A stretch of DNA of 64,000 bases from Methanobacteriota archaeon (GCA_963719035.1 CAVRAO010000002.1:426846-490845); one strand, 5' to 3'; counted from the stretch's first letter, positions 32,545 to 43,067 are shown. Program-made: numbers and translations. Notes: a model not told the origin generated them from the letters alone.

Positions 32545-33117
32545 TTGCTTTTTTGAGCTTTCTGCTATGTTTTCCTGTAACTCATTTGAATCTGTACCGC
32601 TGCTGAGACCACAACAAGAAAAGCAAGTGCACCATCGTGAACCGTTTGATAAATGCGCGTTGAAAGTCCAGCAAGATTTGAGAAAGAGTGTGGTAAGCGG
32701 ATTGTGGGATAATCTGTAACCTGCTTTTGCGTGATGGAGCGATATCTTGCTGCTGTGAATCTCCAATAACTCGTGTTTGGGCAATGCAGCCTCAGCGAAA
32801 AGCTCTGAGTAATGTTCACCCACTAACATAATAGAGAACGAAGCCGATGCTAGTCACTTAAGCGTTGTGATTAGCCGCAGTGGACAAAGTTCGGCGGCAA
32901 CACGGTGACATAATTCAGTGGGATCAATCAAACCGAGCGTACATTATGACGCATGGCGTGAGTGGAATAGATTGAAAGCACTACAAGCATCCGCTGCCGG
33001 AGAACGTGTACGATGTGTATCTGCGGTATTGGGGGGACGTGCGGTTCTAGCATCCGAGAGAGCTAACGCGCCGATATTGTGGTAACTTTATTAGGGGCAA
33101 ATGTAAACGTGAGTATC

Positions 33118-33898
33118 TTACAGTGCAAACTTCTCTTCGTCTGACAAACTGCCTGCTAGCTCGCTAAAAAGTTCGTTTCTAATCAGATCCTCTTCTCCCC
33201 CCAACTCATGATAGAACTCGTAAATGAAATTTGATGATTCTGTTTCCCGTTTCTCGTTATTAGCCCGTTGACGCCTCATCCAGTCAATAGATCCTTTTCT
33301 TAGTTTTTCTATATCAAGCGCGTAAATTCCGTCATATAATCTTTCAATGTAAATACCGTGCATGTAAATCGTGAATAGCCTCGCCTTGATCTTCCGGTAG
33401 TGCTCTACCTCCCGCTGCTTCCGAAAAGTCCCTCGCTCCCGCTGCTCGCAAATCAATCTGCTTTAATAACTCCTGTATAGCTCGATAAAAAGCCTCTATA
33501 GCATATGCGTCTTCAAGTTCATAGAAGCGGTTCGGGTTTGTGCGAGTGTAATCATAAACGTCTGTGCTGACATCCTCAGATACTCTCGTCTTTAGTTCGT
33601 CCCAATTTGTCCAAAAGAACTTCTTAACGGTCTGCTCCGACGTGGGTCGATCTTGAGCCACAATGGCGAGAATAATAACACGAACCATCCAGCCAATCTC
33701 ATTGTAGAGTGCGTTTCTCAGCGCTTCTTTTTCTGTTTCGCGTATTCTTTTTTGACGTCTCGTCTCAAGAAGTGTTGCACCTAAAAAAGCTACAAGTATA
33801 GAACCAGCCAAAGCTAGAATCGGTCCAAAAAATGTTATTGTCTGTGCATCAATTTGCCGATCACGCTGCAATTCACTCCTTTTTTCGATTCGCTTCAC
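33118..33898 (-). pseudogene. hypothetical membrane-anchored protein split in two frames (33344..33898 + 33118..33456)
   Basis: N-terminal TM then soluble domain; frame switch near 33440. Confidence 0.3.
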
Positions 33899-34625
33899 AC
33901 AATCATTGAGGTAAGCGTGTCAACTATATACTTACGATCGATAGTTGATGACGGTTGAATCGTGAATCGGTTCCATTGCCACGCTCGCGCCGTACAGCCC
34001 ACTATAGACAGCGATACTATCACGGCAATCAATATAATGGCGAAGAACTTTTTTTCCATACAAATGCCTTCTTTGACTTAAAATCTTAAACATACCGATA
34101 GGAGCGAGCACGTTTAAATTTTCGCATTTAAAGCTGCGAATTAAGCCGCTATCATCCAGACGCAGAAAGACGAGTAATCTTACAAATAAGTCTATAGCCG
34201 ATCAATTGTAGTCCTATGATGCTGAGGCCGGTAGTAGTTTTAGGTTAAAACAAATCGAATCTTCATGACCGTGGCCTGCTTGAGGCCATTACCCGAAAGA
34301 GTGAAATGACAAAACAATATTCAAGCAATGATTAGTTCTTTTTCCAAGTCCGTACTTTCACTCTCTCGTAAAGAGGTCACACTCCGAGGTAAACTCTAGC
34401 GGACACGTTCGGCGTCTCGTACATCCTAAACATAATGGTATAATATAATCAGCAACGCACTTGTCAAACTCAGTGCAAGGGCAGTTTGCAGATCGCGGCT
34501 TGCCTCCGTGAATCGGACAGTCCAAACCCAAGCCATAATCAACCTCGCTCATGCTCAGTCCTCCCTTATTTTCATCCAATACCCAGCATCCTACCGCTGT
34601 TGCCGTAACTGGCTTTAATAAAAGT

Positions 34626-35139
34626 CTAAAGCTTCCCAAAGGCTACCCCTTGGTATGTCCAGCCGCATTTAGTGACCGCCTCCTGCAGCGGTCCCTTGAT
34701 CTCGCGCGTATCGAAACGATATTTGTACACCTGGCCTGGTTCTAATTCTTCCGTAAAGGCATATGCCGTGCCGAACTCAACCTTTTGCATCTGACCTTTG
34801 AAAGCAGTCGCAGACAGCGAAAGACTCGGCACCCCCGCAGACCATCAGACACAGGTACTCGCGATCCGAAGCACGCACGCTGTGGTTCATCTCATCGAGT
34901 TTCATGTAGATCTTGAAAACCTTGGTTAGGCCGGCTTTAGCAAAGATTTCGTACCACTGGGCGTCGACTATCTTCCATTCCGCAATCAGGTCAACGCCTT
35001 CGCTAGTGCCGTCTATGATCCGGTAGGGTGCGCTGGCACGGTTTAAACTCAAGAGCGCAGCACGCACCTGTGAATCCGGCAAGACTGTTATACCTGGCTG
35101 TGGTCGCTTGGTAGATGAAAGCCTATCTAAGAACCCCAT
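34626..35139 (-). pseudogene. hypothetical protein split in two frames (34777..35139 + 34626..34832)
   Basis: Overlapping ORFs in different frames that read as one ~185-aa protein. Confidence 0.3.
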
Positions 35140-35142
35140 TGT

Positions 35143-35586
35143 TTACCTCCAAAAATAATCTGTGTTGTTGTATCTTAGCTTTATAATGCTCACACTTAGC
35201 GAGTTGAGGAGTAGCCCTTCTTTTCGGTGCGCGACATATTGATCGAGTTCATCTTTAGTAAAAGAGTGAGGGTTATTCGGTTCAACGGGTTGTCGTTGTT
35301 GTTGCAGCTGCAGCCATCCCTCCAACGCTTCAACATTCCTTCTTTGCAGATCCCGCTGTTCTGCTTCGTGCTTGTATGCCTCAAGACCCTGCTTGATAAC
35401 GATATCCTGCAAAGATGTGGATGCGATTTTTCTTTTTTCTGCATCCGTCAGCGTGCCAGAGTTGTGCAACTTTTCAGCAGAGTTGTGCAACTTCTTGCCT
35501 TTAGACCGGATGTTATCCGTTATAATTTTCGCGTCCGATTGTAAAAAGAAGGGACTGAAACAGAGTTCCTCAAGCATCTGAACCAA
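35143..35586 (-). CDS. hypothetical coiled-coil protein; 5' end lies inside DR copy 2; contains 21-bp tandem duplication (KLHNSAEKLHNS)
   Basis: ORF only. Confidence 0.3.
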   Translation of the reverse strand: MVQMLEELCFSPFFLQSDAKIITDNIRSKGKKLHNSAEKLHNSGTLTDAEKRKIASTSLQDIVIKQGLEAYKHEAEQRDLQRRNVEALEGWLQLQQQRQPVEPNNPHSFTKDELDQYVAHRKEGLLLNSLSVSIIKLRYNNTDYFWR

Positions 35587-35619
35587 TTGGTTGGACTGCA
35601 GCTTTCGTAACGCATTTAC
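35548..35619. repeat. 72-bp direct repeat, copy 2
   Basis: Perfect copy of 32473..32544. Confidence 0.95.
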
Positions 35620-36359
35620 GATGACAACAAATTGTAGTCCATATCGTGCACATCTGCTAAGCCTGAAATCGCACTTGTCTGTATCTCTATGCCACTCTCC
35701 TTGACCGCTGCCATAGAGTTTATTCCACCAATTATCGCAACTCCAACGTGGCCCCTATTCACTGGCATTTCCAACAGATCTGAGTTAGGCTCACCAACCT
35801 CCAATATCCCTTTAAACCCAATGTCCATCAACTCTGAAAGTAGATTCTCAAGCTGCGTCCCGGCTGCCATCGGCACTTCTCGGACGCTTGCCAATACCTT
35901 ACCAGATCCCGTATTGATCATCTCTAAAACAGAGGTGAGTTCCTGAGACATAAACACGTCAAGGGGGTCCAGCGTGGTCGAATCATAACGCAGAATGTCC
36001 GTGAACCTCACTGGCATCTTTTCGGTCACCTGAACTATGCCTCCACACAGTGGTTTTACTGGGATGCCTGCCTTAAGCAGCACGCCGTCAATCGTGATGC
36101 TACAAATGGTGAGTATGCCGTTGAAACCTCTTTGAATTGAGACGCCTTGAAAACTCTCGCCACCTTCGATAATTCGCACATAGGGACCAACGTTGAGTCC
36201 AGCGGCATACACGCGCTTAAATATACCCAATGCTTGTTCTAAATCACGTTCAGCAACAACCGCCGTGTTAAAAGCTATTGTGCCGTCACCCGACCGCGGG
36301 TTGAAAGTTATACCATATATAACTTCACCGATTCTTGACGACATGAATTTGAGCTTCAT
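35616..36359 (-). CDS. conserved archaeal hypothetical protein (possibly DUF128/NrpR-like regulatory domain)
   Basis: 247 aa globular; family call is a weak recollection. Confidence 0.3.
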   Translation of the reverse strand: MKLKFMSSRIGEVIYGITFNPRSGDGTIAFNTAVVAERDLEQALGIFKRVYAAGLNVGPYVRIIEGGESFQGVSIQRGFNGILTICSITIDGVLLKAGIPVKPLCGGIVQVTEKMPVRFTDILRYDSTTLDPLDVFMSQELTSVLEMINTGSGKVLASVREVPMAAGTQLENLLSELMDIGFKGILEVGEPNSDLLEMPVNRGHVGVAIIGGINSMAAVKESGIEIQTSAISGLADVHDMDYNLLSS

Positions 36360-36874
36360 TCAATGCACCTCTTGGACTTGACGGGTAAAGGTCGCTCAAA
36401 AAGGCCCTCGACCGCATATTTTCCATCACTACGGGGTATGAGCTTAGATCCTTTTATTTCTTCAATCGAGAAACCAACTTGCCCTTCAACGTAGCGACGC
36501 CAAACATCTGGCCAGTTTACGAAATATGCAGCCTTGGATTTGCCAGACCCCATTCTCAATTCCACGGCGAGATATCCTGTTCGACCAGATTTCTGTATAA
36601 ATTCCTGCATTTTAGTTGCCTGATGCTCGCCTCGCTTATTAACTGAAAAGTGCTGTGAGAAATATAAAGCAGTCGCACCTTTGGCAGCTGAGATGCTTTT
36701 GCATTCAATGCCGAGATACAGTCGGCGATCTGACGAATCTACCAAGACATCAAGCATCTGTTGCGAAAACTGATGTTGTTTCATCCTATATGCAATCGCA
36801 TCGAGGCCACTTTCGCTAAAGTAATTGTTAAATGATCTAACGAGCTCTCTTTCAAAATTGCTCATTGGCCGCAC
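36356..36874 (-). CDS. PD-(D/E)xK nuclease, Holliday-junction-resolvase (Hjc)-like
   Basis: 172 aa; …FERELV…, …DVLV…LGIECKS… resembles Hjc catalytic core. Confidence 0.45.
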   Translation of the reverse strand: MRPMSNFERELVRSFNNYFSESGLDAIAYRMKQHQFSQQMLDVLVDSSDRRLYLGIECKSISAAKGATALYFSQHFSVNKRGEHQATKMQEFIQKSGRTGYLAVELRMGSGKSKAAYFVNWPDVWRRYVEGQVGFSIEEIKGSKLIPRSDGKYAVEGLFERPLPVKSKRCIE

Positions 36875-36965
36875 TTTATCTTAGTACTATAAAGGATATC
36901 CGCTGGTTAACCGAAGCACAGACCGTAGGGGCAAAATGGTGCTTGTCTTTAACTCTGCGCACCCC

Positions 36966-38000
36966 TTACGCTATGAAGAATTTAGTTTGGTGACGCTTTA
37001 AAAAGCCTTCTGCTTCGAGTTTTTGAAGATTGCTCGAAATTAAGTGAGGATCGACGTTAAGCTGTCGCATTAAATCAGTTTCAGTGATCCCAGAATGAGT
37101 GACTATCAAAGAGATTATCTTACCACGCAATTGCCTATTGGAGCCTTCAAAAGGCACTTGTTTCTTATATTGAGCGCTATTTCGGCTTGGATTTTTATGC
37201 AGCTTCTTCAACATCGCACCATAATCCATGAGCGCGTAATACCAACTACGAGGGTTTGACCGATCAAGCGTGCACTCGACTAGCGGATAGAGTTTATCGT
37301 CTTCTACGCCTTGTTCATCGGCGTAAAAGGCGTGGATGAACACTGTTCTTATATTTGTCTCTATAAAAACCGACGGTATGTCGAACGCAAAAGTTCGTAT
37401 CGCACATGCAGTCGCGTTTCCTACACCCGGCATGCCTACGAGGGCCGAGTAGTCAGATGGCAGCTTTCCTCCAAATTGTGCTTCAACGGTTTGAGCTATT
37501 CGTTTGAGAGCGATTGCTCGCTTATTATATCCTAAACCGTGCCAAACCTCGAGCACATTTTTTAGCGGAGCGCGGGAAAGCGCTGAAAAACTCGGAAAGT
37601 TGTTTAAAAACAACTGATACTTGACAAGTACTCGCTCTACTTGGGTTTGTTGTAACATAAGCTCGGAGACGAGAATTTTGTATGGATCGCGAGTCTCTCT
37701 CCATGGAAGGACTCGACCTTCACTCCGGTAATGTCGATAAATCCGTTCTTGAAAACTTGTGATCTGAGCAGCACTTAAATCGCAAATTGTTCGGCGACGT
37801 CGTCCGTTGTGTTTGATAATACCAACTCCAACTATAGACATAGGAGCAAAGGCCGGTATTTTCGTCGTTCTATCTATAAGCTTCTTAAGGGAATTCGAAA
37901 GGCTGCGAAGTAAATGGCTTGAGGATGGACTCCTGCCTGCGAACTCTGAGACACTTGTTCTGTGGCGCTCTTGATATAAACCCGACAAGAGATGTTTCAC
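36966..38000 (-). CDS. HhH-GPD DNA glycosylase, MutY/EndoIII-like, lacking the FeS Cys cluster; C-terminal winged-helix-like domain
   Basis: …LPWRETRDPYKILVSELMLQQTQVERV…, HhH …VGMPGVGNATACAI…; no CxnCxxCxnC after the glycosylase core. Confidence 0.65.
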   Translation of the reverse strand: MKHLLSGLYQERHRTSVSEFAGRSPSSSHLLRSLSNSLKKLIDRTTKIPAFAPMSIVGVGIIKHNGRRRRTICDLSAAQITSFQERIYRHYRSEGRVLPWRETRDPYKILVSELMLQQTQVERVLVKYQLFLNNFPSFSALSRAPLKNVLEVWHGLGYNKRAIALKRIAQTVEAQFGGKLPSDYSALVGMPGVGNATACAIRTFAFDIPSVFIETNIRTVFIHAFYADEQGVEDDKLYPLVECTLDRSNPRSWYYALMDYGAMLKKLHKNPSRNSAQYKKQVPFEGSNRQLRGKIISLIVTHSGITETDLMRQLNVDPHLISSNLQKLEAEGFLKRHQTKFFIA

Positions 38001-38270
38001 GCAAGAAAAGAGACCATCAACGCTTCTAATAAACGGTATTATAGCTATTATCTGATTAACGTATTAACACCGGTAAGCGAAGGCACGTGCGCTCATTTTA
38101 AACAAAAAAGAGGCATCACACGGAGTGTTGCTCTATATGACAGCAACTGCTTTAACCGACTTCTGCTAGTACTATCAAAAACCGTGACATTACGATGCTC
38201 TCAAAACACTGGTTCAGTCGAATTTCAAGGAGAATTCACATTTTTTGCGAGTCTTTTGCTAGTCTTATTA

Positions 38271-38774
38271 TTACAACAAAAAAACTGCGACTGACAAAAC
38301 AGTAGTCCACGAGCTGTCTGCGCCAACGACCGCAGTTGTAGCAACGTTAAACGTTTCCTTCGGTTTAGAATCGGTCCCGGTCTCGTACATGCTCGACGCC
38401 AATCTCTCAGCGTAGGCGCCTGAGCTCTCTGTCGCCTCGCCAAACGCGTGGTGCTCTGAAATATAGCCAAAATCATCAGGATTCTTGGGAATTGCACAAC
38501 CTAATGACGCTGAGATTCTCCTATTCGGTTCATTAGACGCCAGTCTAGACATTACGCAGAAAACTATTTCTCCGGGAAGTAGTCGGCTGAGCCCGTTATC
38601 CTTAGGGATAATTTCGCAATTCGGCGGCAATATTGAACTCACAGTGACAAGATTGAATTTCTCTATACCTGCATCTCTCAAAGCTTTTTCAAAACTCTCT
38701 AAGTTCTCTCGGTGTGTTCCAACACCGGTTGAAAAAAAGATCTTTTTTGGCAATAACCTCATCTTGACTATCAC
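38271..38774 (-). CDS. pdaD: pyruvoyl-dependent arginine decarboxylase
   Basis: 167 aa; …FSTGVGTH…, self-cleavage-site context VSSILPP, …GYISEH…. Confidence 0.8.
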   Translation of the reverse strand: MIVKMRLLPKKIFFSTGVGTHRENLESFEKALRDAGIEKFNLVTVSSILPPNCEIIPKDNGLSRLLPGEIVFCVMSRLASNEPNRRISASLGCAIPKNPDDFGYISEHHAFGEATESSGAYAERLASSMYETGTDSKPKETFNVATTAVVGADSSWTTVLSVAVFLL

Positions 38775-39075
38775 GCCCCTTTAAATCTCGTATATAGCAA
38801 AACATATCACACTGTAAGTGTTTTTAACCTTTATGCAAAGAATGGTACTCGAAGTAGTGACTTTGATTGTTTCTGTTGCCTTTTTCATAGCCTTACTGCT
38901 CGCCGTTCATCTATCGAACGCTGGATCGCTCGGATATATACTTGGGATCCTTGTATTTGTTTTGATTGTTAGTGTCGCCGGGACCAGAATTGCCTCTTAC
39001 GAATAGAATTGCCGCCGGACTGGAGCGAGGTTTAGGCTACTAAAGCCGATATTTCCTTAATATTAGGGGTTTTTC

Positions 39076-39495
39076 ATGAAAACAAAAACAGACCGCATAA
39101 AAATGGACACTTTAGGCGGCGTCCAGATCATAGACATAACAAACCATGTCCAAGAACTTCTTACAAAAAGCAACTTAAATGATGGCTTGGCTACGGTTTT
39201 TGTTCCAGGCTCAACTGCATCTGTAACGACGATAGAATACGAGCCTGGCCTCATCGCGGACATCAAAAAGGCACTTGATCGGATAGCTCCAAGAGATGGT
39301 CACTATGAGCACGACCAACGATGGCATGACGGTAACGGACATTCACATGTAAGAGCAGCGTTTTTGAAACCAAGCGTCGCAATTCCATTCTCTGACAAAA
39401 CCTTAATGCTCGGTACCTGGCAACAGCTTGTGTTCATTGAACTCGACGTCAGGCCTCGCAACAGGACTATCGTTGTCCAGCTTATGGGCGACTAA
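39076..39495 (+). CDS. YjbQ/UPF0047 family protein (secondary thiamine-phosphate synthase-like)
   Basis: 139 aa; …GHYEHD…, …HDGNGHSH…, …LGTWQ…. Confidence 0.7.
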   Translation: MKTKTDRIKMDTLGGVQIIDITNHVQELLTKSNLNDGLATVFVPGSTASVTTIEYEPGLIADIKKALDRIAPRDGHYEHDQRWHDGNGHSHVRAAFLKPSVAIPFSDKTLMLGTWQQLVFIELDVRPRNRTIVVQLMGD

Positions 39496-40063
39496 GCATG
39501 CTTAAGTCGAATGTTAACTGAGCGGCACGTTCGATATCTTCTGCCACGATGAACGCTTGCTCGAGGTTGGCCCCGACAGCAATCAACCCATGATTCTGCA
39601 GAAGGGCCCCTTTGCACCCCGAAATCCCGCGAGATACTGCGTCACCCAAGTCGGAAGTACCTGGTTCTTCATAAGGAATCAACGGAACGCGACCTAAGAG
39701 GTATTTTCCCTCAACATCAGGTGATTCTAGATCACGCCCCAAGCATGATAATGCTGTTGCAAAGCGTGAATGAGCGTGCACAATTGCAGAACATTCCGTC
39801 GCGTTATAAATCGCTAGATGTGTCGGCAACTCGCTCGAAGGACGTTTTCCTTGAAGATGTTCCCCCGCCATTGTTACGACAGACACATCATCCGGCCGAA
39901 TTCGATAGCGAGGAACCTTTGTTGGAGATATGAACACGATTTGTTCGGCCCGTACGCTTATGTTACCGCTTAATGACGATGTAAGGCCGCGCTCATATAA
40001 CAGGCCCGTGTATTTCGTGATTTCCGTTTTCAATAGCAGCGCCCGCGTTTCTGTCGTTGCCAA
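39482..40063 (-). CDS. class II aldolase/adducin-family protein (L-fuculose-1-P aldolase / MTRu-1-P dehydratase-like)
   Basis: 193 aa; …SGNISVR…, His-rich metal site (…HLAIY…, …VHAHS…). Confidence 0.7.
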   Translation of the reverse strand: MATTETRALLLKTEITKYTGLLYERGLTSSLSGNISVRAEQIVFISPTKVPRYRIRPDDVSVVTMAGEHLQGKRPSSELPTHLAIYNATECSAIVHAHSRFATALSCLGRDLESPDVEGKYLLGRVPLIPYEEPGTSDLGDAVSRGISGCKGALLQNHGLIAVGANLEQAFIVAEDIERAAQLTFDLSMLSRP

Positions 40064-40119
40064 TAAAGAGCCTCCGTTTTAGCTTTCGCGCTTTCAGACT
40101 CGCTTCAGAAGTCTGATCA

Positions 40120-40650
40120 CTACACTAAATGAACGATTCTAAGCAGTTCGACGGTTATAATGATTAACGTTCCAAGTCCAACCATCTTGGCCACCGACAT
40201 TATGTAGTTTTGTCTCGAAATGTATCCTGAATATACACCTAAGGCAACTAATGTTATCAAGCTTAAAACGACGGAAACGAACGCCGAACCTACCCCTAAT
40301 ATCCACGGCGCTAACGGGACAAGGCTTGCCAGAAAGCTGGCGCCGCCGTGAGTTAATGCATCCTTTAGGATTCTTTTTTTACTTTGCGATTCGACATACG
40401 TATTGCTTAGCTTCCTCAGAAGGGATTTCTCGGTCTTAACGAGCTTTCCATGCTCAATTGTACTCTCCGCTAAATACGACCCCATGCCGTTGGTTAACGC
40501 CAGCGCAATCGCGCCTCCAAAACCGGCACTAACGACAATCACGTTAGAAGCGCTTACTACTGAAACGCCTAAAATTATTCCAAGCGTGGCAAGAAGTCCG
40601 TCAATAGATCCGAGTATTAAGTAACGCCCTTCCTCAATATTAAAGCTCAT
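40120..40650 (-). CDS. VIT1/CCC1-family membrane transporter (iron/manganese)
   Basis: 176 aa; …DGLLATLGIILG… and C-terminal TM pair. Confidence 0.55.
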   Translation of the reverse strand: MSFNIEEGRYLILGSIDGLLATLGIILGVSVVSASNVIVVSAGFGGAIALALTNGMGSYLAESTIEHGKLVKTEKSLLRKLSNTYVESQSKKRILKDALTHGGASFLASLVPLAPWILGVGSAFVSVVLSLITLVALGVYSGYISRQNYIMSVAKMVGLGTLIIITVELLRIVHLV

Positions 40651-40712
40651 GGACGTCTTATTACTGAAAAAACTTCTGTGCAGAGGTTAAAAACTAAATT
40701 TCCGGCTGGAAT

Positions 40713-41030
40713 TCATCCGCGATCGTGAAGCGTTTCGTCTTCTTCGACGATTTTTTTCCCAGCAATGATCTCGTCGACGCTATGAACAACCCCGCCCAAA
40801 TTCTCAATAGTCTGTAGTACAAGGTTGTAATTAACGTTGGTGCCCTCAACAGTGATCTTTACGTTTTCAGTTTGCTGATCGACCTCATAGAGGCTCAAAT
40901 TTACGCCGTCGACGTCTTGCAGATCCCCTATCGCACTAGCCACCTCGACGTTTGTAGGCTCATGAGGTTTCAGTACGTCGAGCACTAATCGCCTGATTTG
41001 AGACATTTCTCTACCGATCACCGTAGTCAA
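40713..41030 (-). CDS. DUF211-family archaeal protein
   Basis: 105 aa; conserved …VLDVLKPH…. Confidence 0.5.
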   Translation of the reverse strand: MTTVIGREMSQIRRLVLDVLKPHEPTNVEVASAIGDLQDVDGVNLSLYEVDQQTENVKITVEGTNVNYNLVLQTIENLGGVVHSVDEIIAGKKIVEEDETLHDRG

Positions 41031-41054
41031 TAAACAGACTTATTCTTTATAATG

Positions 41055-41537
41055 CTATTTATGGTCCAGAATTAGCGCATTTAACGAATCGCGCCACTTT
41101 GAGAGATTATGGCCGTTGCATTGTAGCAGAATAATCCGATCTTCTTGCATAAACGTAACGTTGAGTGTACCGTTCACAATCGATACTGCTTTAATATCGC
41201 TGTTTTGTACGAGATATGCACCGGACGAAAAATAAGGCTTTACATAAAAGCACTTCTGATACAGCCTCATTGCCGCTGGTCTCTTAAAGGTGGTCAGCAA
41301 GCGATTTGATTCCACATCTTTTAAATTAAGCAGCACGGCTGTCATTGTCGCTAAGACAGGACGAAACTTTGCGACCTTTTTTACGTTCTTCTTGCTAAAA
41401 ACCGAGCCGATATAACGGTGGCGTACAATAGCCCGAGCTTGCGAGAGGAGCGATACCGCCGTGAAACTAACCAAGAGCACCGTAAAAAGCACCGTTATGA
41501 TGAAGACGTAGAGCAGCCCCGGAAATAATTGAACCAT
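41055..41537 (-). CDS. membrane-anchored hypothetical protein (160 aa)
   Basis: N-terminal TM; no domain recognised. Confidence 0.4.
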   Translation of the reverse strand: MVQLFPGLLYVFIITVLFTVLLVSFTAVSLLSQARAIVRHRYIGSVFSKKNVKKVAKFRPVLATMTAVLLNLKDVESNRLLTTFKRPAAMRLYQKCFYVKPYFSSGAYLVQNSDIKAVSIVNGTLNVTFMQEDRIILLQCNGHNLSKWRDSLNALILDHK

Positions 41538-41692
41538 GCGGGCTATTTACCCTCCTGACATGTTTCCTCGGACAGTTCGTCACACTATTGCGAGCGTACT
41601 TCGTTCTGCAGATTTGTAGCGTAGTTAAGCTAGGTCTTTGCAAAGCTGTCCCGACAACTATCAAGATCTGACAGTCTTCATCTCTTCTGCTT

Positions 41693-42286
41693 GTGGCTCT
41701 CGCGGTTAACCTTTTCTATTTGTCGACGCATCAACCGTATATGCTCGAATTGCGACGCAACACGGCGCATCTGTTGCTTGGCTCGTTTTTTGCGTTTTTG
41801 GTAGTGACGCTACCGCGCGAAATAGTTATTGCCTGCAACGTGTTGCTCATCAGCGGGCTAATTGTTGCTTCTTTTCTGTATCAGAAACATAAAATTGCTT
41901 TGTTAACATGGCTATTCACGCGCTTTGATCGGCCCGGAAAATTCACCGCGAGGGGTGCCATCATTTTTTTTGTAGGAACCCTGATCGCTGTGTTACTCTT
42001 CCCGCCTTTGTTTGCTGCACTAAGCATCCTTGTGCTTGCTATTAGTGATAGTCTTGCAACGATTGCTGGCCATTATGCAGGAAAACATATGCTGTTCAAA
42101 AAAAAGACAATTGAAGGCACTTTAGTTTTCTTCGCGTGCACGTTAGTTATACTCGTTTTGTTTATTGCGCCGATGAAAGCACTAGTAATTGCTCTGATCG
42201 TGTCTGCTACAGAACTTGTTACTCCAACATATCTCGATGATAACCTCACCATCCCGTTCGTAACCGGGCTGCTTCTCAGTCTGTAA
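41693..42286 (+). CDS. polyprenol/dolichol kinase-like membrane protein (CTP-transferase-1/DUF92-like)
   Basis: 197 aa, 6 TM, Ser/Asp-rich cytoplasmic loop (…AISDSLATIAG…). Confidence 0.4.
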   Translation: MALAVNLFYLSTHQPYMLELRRNTAHLLLGSFFAFLVVTLPREIVIACNVLLISGLIVASFLYQKHKIALLTWLFTRFDRPGKFTARGAIIFFVGTLIAVLLFPPLFAALSILVLAISDSLATIAGHYAGKHMLFKKKTIEGTLVFFACTLVILVLFIAPMKALVIALIVSATELVTPTYLDDNLTIPFVTGLLLSL

Positions 42287-42423
42287 CCGCTTCTTCTGAG
42301 ACGCATAACGGAGAAAGTGTCGAACGTGCACGCGATAATCTGCTTTTGCAGAACCAAGCTCCATATAAAACGACACCAACAGCGTCATTATATGAAAACG
42401 GTTCTACCGCTTAAAAAAACGTT

Positions 42424-42912
42424 TCAAGGCCCACCAGAGGAGGGCTCCTCAAACTGTTCGGGGAACCCCTTTTTAAGCGCTGCCAAAACGCGAAACATCT
42501 TGACATCTATGGCGTCCTCTGGATTATCAAGAAAAAGCCCTAGAGAGACTGCGTAAGCAATATCGTCAATCAGATTCGCCGCGATATTTAAGCGACCCTT
42601 TTCAGAGAGCTCAGATAGAATAAGGGAGATGTCGAACGCACGGTCCATTATGTAGTCGGCCCCGACTCTGTTGACTCTTTTAGCGACGTTATCCATTTGT
42701 GAGCCCAAAATAGCTTTTGGATCTTCTACCGCCGGGATGTCCAGATTCTTGTATACGAGATCGCCTTGGTTCTGGACCAAAAGATAAAGGTGCTCACAAT
42801 ACGTGTCCGAACCTGCATGATTTGTACAGTCTTCGCCACATAGCACCTCGCAGTGGGGAAGCATGCCTCGTGCTTGATAAGCGTCCATTTGAAACTTAGC
42901 ACACATGAACAT
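42424..42912 (-). CDS. Cys/His-rich hypothetical protein (162 aa)
   Basis: N-terminal CEVLCGEDCTNHAGSDTYCEH. Confidence 0.4.
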   Translation of the reverse strand: MFMCAKFQMDAYQARGMLPHCEVLCGEDCTNHAGSDTYCEHLYLLVQNQGDLVYKNLDIPAVEDPKAILGSQMDNVAKRVNRVGADYIMDRAFDISLILSELSEKGRLNIAANLIDDIAYAVSLGLFLDNPEDAIDVKMFRVLAALKKGFPEQFEEPSSGGP

Positions 42913-43067
42913 AACTATTACAATTTAGATGCAACTAATATAAATCTAAATTCTAACGATGATGTGTTTGTCTTGTGCGTTATCTGCAAAAACGGCCAAG
43001 AAATAAACTGCACAATAACGCAACTTATGATTACTCCCCTAGGTTGTTTTATCTGAAAGGTGGCTGT

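Larger units (their letters stand above)
32545..35619. mobile_element. putative integrated element or insertion (~3.1 kb) bounded by 72-bp direct repeats; cargo ORFs degraded, no integrase found
   Basis: Perfect long DRs duplicating a gene 3' end (att-like). Internal ORFs are hypothetical and several are frameshifted (33118..33898; 34626..35139). Confidence 0.45.

Noticed and set aside
32419-32829. 136-aa minus-strand ORF spanning DR copy 1
   Set aside because: Its C-terminal part is simply the antisense translation of the RecJ-like gene's 3' end; probably not a real gene, at least not in full.
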